Assembly: GCA_973895155.1 (NCBI GenBank)
Contig: OZ316891.1
Coordinates: forward strand, 2,347,324-2,411,323
Direction: 5' to 3'
Origin: Marsupella aquatica
Lineage: Eukaryota; Plantae; Marchantiophyta
DNA length: 64,000 nucleotides
In this document: one piece after another, positions 62,635 through 64,000 of the stretch
Position numbering within the stretch: the stretch's first letter is position 1
How the letters are laid out: every line of letters starts with the position of its first letter
The notes under the pieces: model-generated
What the model was told of the DNA's origin: nothing
Databases searched by the model: none
The model's input: only the letters and a program-made list of their open reading frames with translations
Position numbers and translations under genes: made by a program

Positions 62635-63863
62635 CTACCTGAGACCTGGCTCGGTGTACGAGTCTTCCAAGGAGCCAGAGTGCAATGGAGCGACGGAGGA
62701 CGAGTCAAAAACATAACTTGTCGAAGGACTATGCGTCCTGGATCTCGCTAACGAGAACCCCCCGAAAGAGTCCGAGTCACTCTCGGTGGCGACCGTTGAG
62801 TCGTGCGTTTCCATGCTAATGATTTCTGTGAGCTCGAGCACAACCTCACTCATCGTAGGGCGGAATTTACCATATGGTTCCACGCTTCTGAGTGCGAGCT
62901 CTGCTAGTTTCCAAAGCGTCTCCATTTGAAAGTTGAATCCCATGGCAGGGTCCACCATGCTTTGGACATCACCTTTTTGCAGAAGGGTCCGTGCCTACAG
63001 TTCAAAACAGGACGTAGACTTTAGCTCCTTTGATTGTGCACCTATTAAATTCCATGATTGGAGAATGTTTGAATGAAAAACAGCTCATTTTCTTCACGAG
63101 TTAGAATCAAAGACCAATTCGTTTTCTTGGTGGTCTTCAAGAGTCACGATTCTAGAACAAGTCTTTCCTTTCGTGCTCTTGAAGAGTCAGAAATTTAGAA
63201 CAGCTTCCTGTCCTGATGCTTTTCAAGACTCGGAATTTTAGACAGCTCAATCTTTCCTCAAAAGTCACAACTTTAGCCCTTGCACAAGAGCAAAGCAGAT
63301 ATTCAGGTCATCTGGTTCTTATCCTTGTCACATGACCCACAAGTTAAATCAGTAATACCAAGGGCGGGTAGACAACATACCCAAGTCACAAGGTTCGTAT
63401 CGAAATCTCCGCGCGGGCCAGAAAATATGGGCTCTCGTCCAGATATAATCTCTAAAAGAACCACCCCAAAACTGAAGACATCACTCTTCGTAGTCAGCTG
63501 CTGCGAGACATAGTACCTGCACAATGATGTAAACGTAAATTCTATTAATGAAGAATATTCAATTAAGTCTTTTAAGCTTTTATCTGACAAACATTTAGCC
63601 CCAATCAAGGATTTTTACAGTCTCAACGACAAGGTATCAACACTAGGTGACAGGTTCCAAAGGGGCAAGACGGTACTCTGGATCAAGATATCCAACGGTC
63701 CCCCTCACGTTGGTTGAAACAGCCGAGATACCCTCGGTGGTGAGTTTGGAGAGCCCGAAATCAGCAATCTTTCCGGCCCACTTTTCAGTTATTAATATAT
63801 TGCTGCTTTTTACATCTCTGTGGATTATACTTGGATTGCATCCTGTGTGTAAATACTCCAATC
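62635..63863 (-). CDS. Receptor-like Ser/Thr kinase, LRR-I / malectin-like family; last three exons only (63863-63677, 63516-63381, 62994-62635); gene continues beyond the window
   Basis: [44 protein letters not shown]|[41 protein letters not shown]...RPTMSEVV; GT-AG introns in consistent phase. Confidence 0.93.
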
Positions 63864-64000
63864 CTGAGAAAATCAACGACGATAACTTCATGAGATTCAT
63901 GATGGGACTAGAGTAGGTAAGTCCACAGGTCTGAACTTTGGACTTCAAGACCCTTTCAAGACGGCTCCTCCTTCATAGCCTTCCAAATAGACTACGACAG

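Noticed and set aside
62635-63863. SymRK/DMI2 assignment for the kinase
   Set aside because: Only the kinase tail is visible, and [12 protein letters not shown] fits generic LRR-I kinases better.

Overview
Eukaryotic land-plant genomic DNA, probably a bryophyte such as a liverwort (inferred from the gene set, GT-AG introns, long 5' leaders and TE types; not provable from sequence alone). Genes: an intronless LISCL/SCL14-type GRAS transcription factor (2559-4673); an intronless HdeD/DUF308-family membrane protein (9976-10692, minus); a tandem pair of two-exon secreted beta-lactamase/AmpC-family serine hydrolases (23370-25602, 30171-32384); an organellar (probably mitochondrial) ribosomal protein L7/L12; an unrecognised Cys-rich protein; a 7-exon plastid protein resembling Arabidopsis AT2G44870; a RimJ/RimL-type GNAT acetyltransferase; and the 3' kinase exons of an LRR-I-type receptor kinase. 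A full-length but decayed Ty1/copia element (12120-19150, TSD AGGTA), several MITE/foldback elements, a ~550-bp hairpin and degenerate tandem arrays fill the intergenic space. The most interesting signal is the hydrolase pair: both keep all catalytic motifs, one has a GPI-anchor-like tail and the other does not. Other leads are the bacterial-type HdeD, the MCCCC Cys-rich orphan, and an in-frame stop exactly at the copia gag/pol junction.
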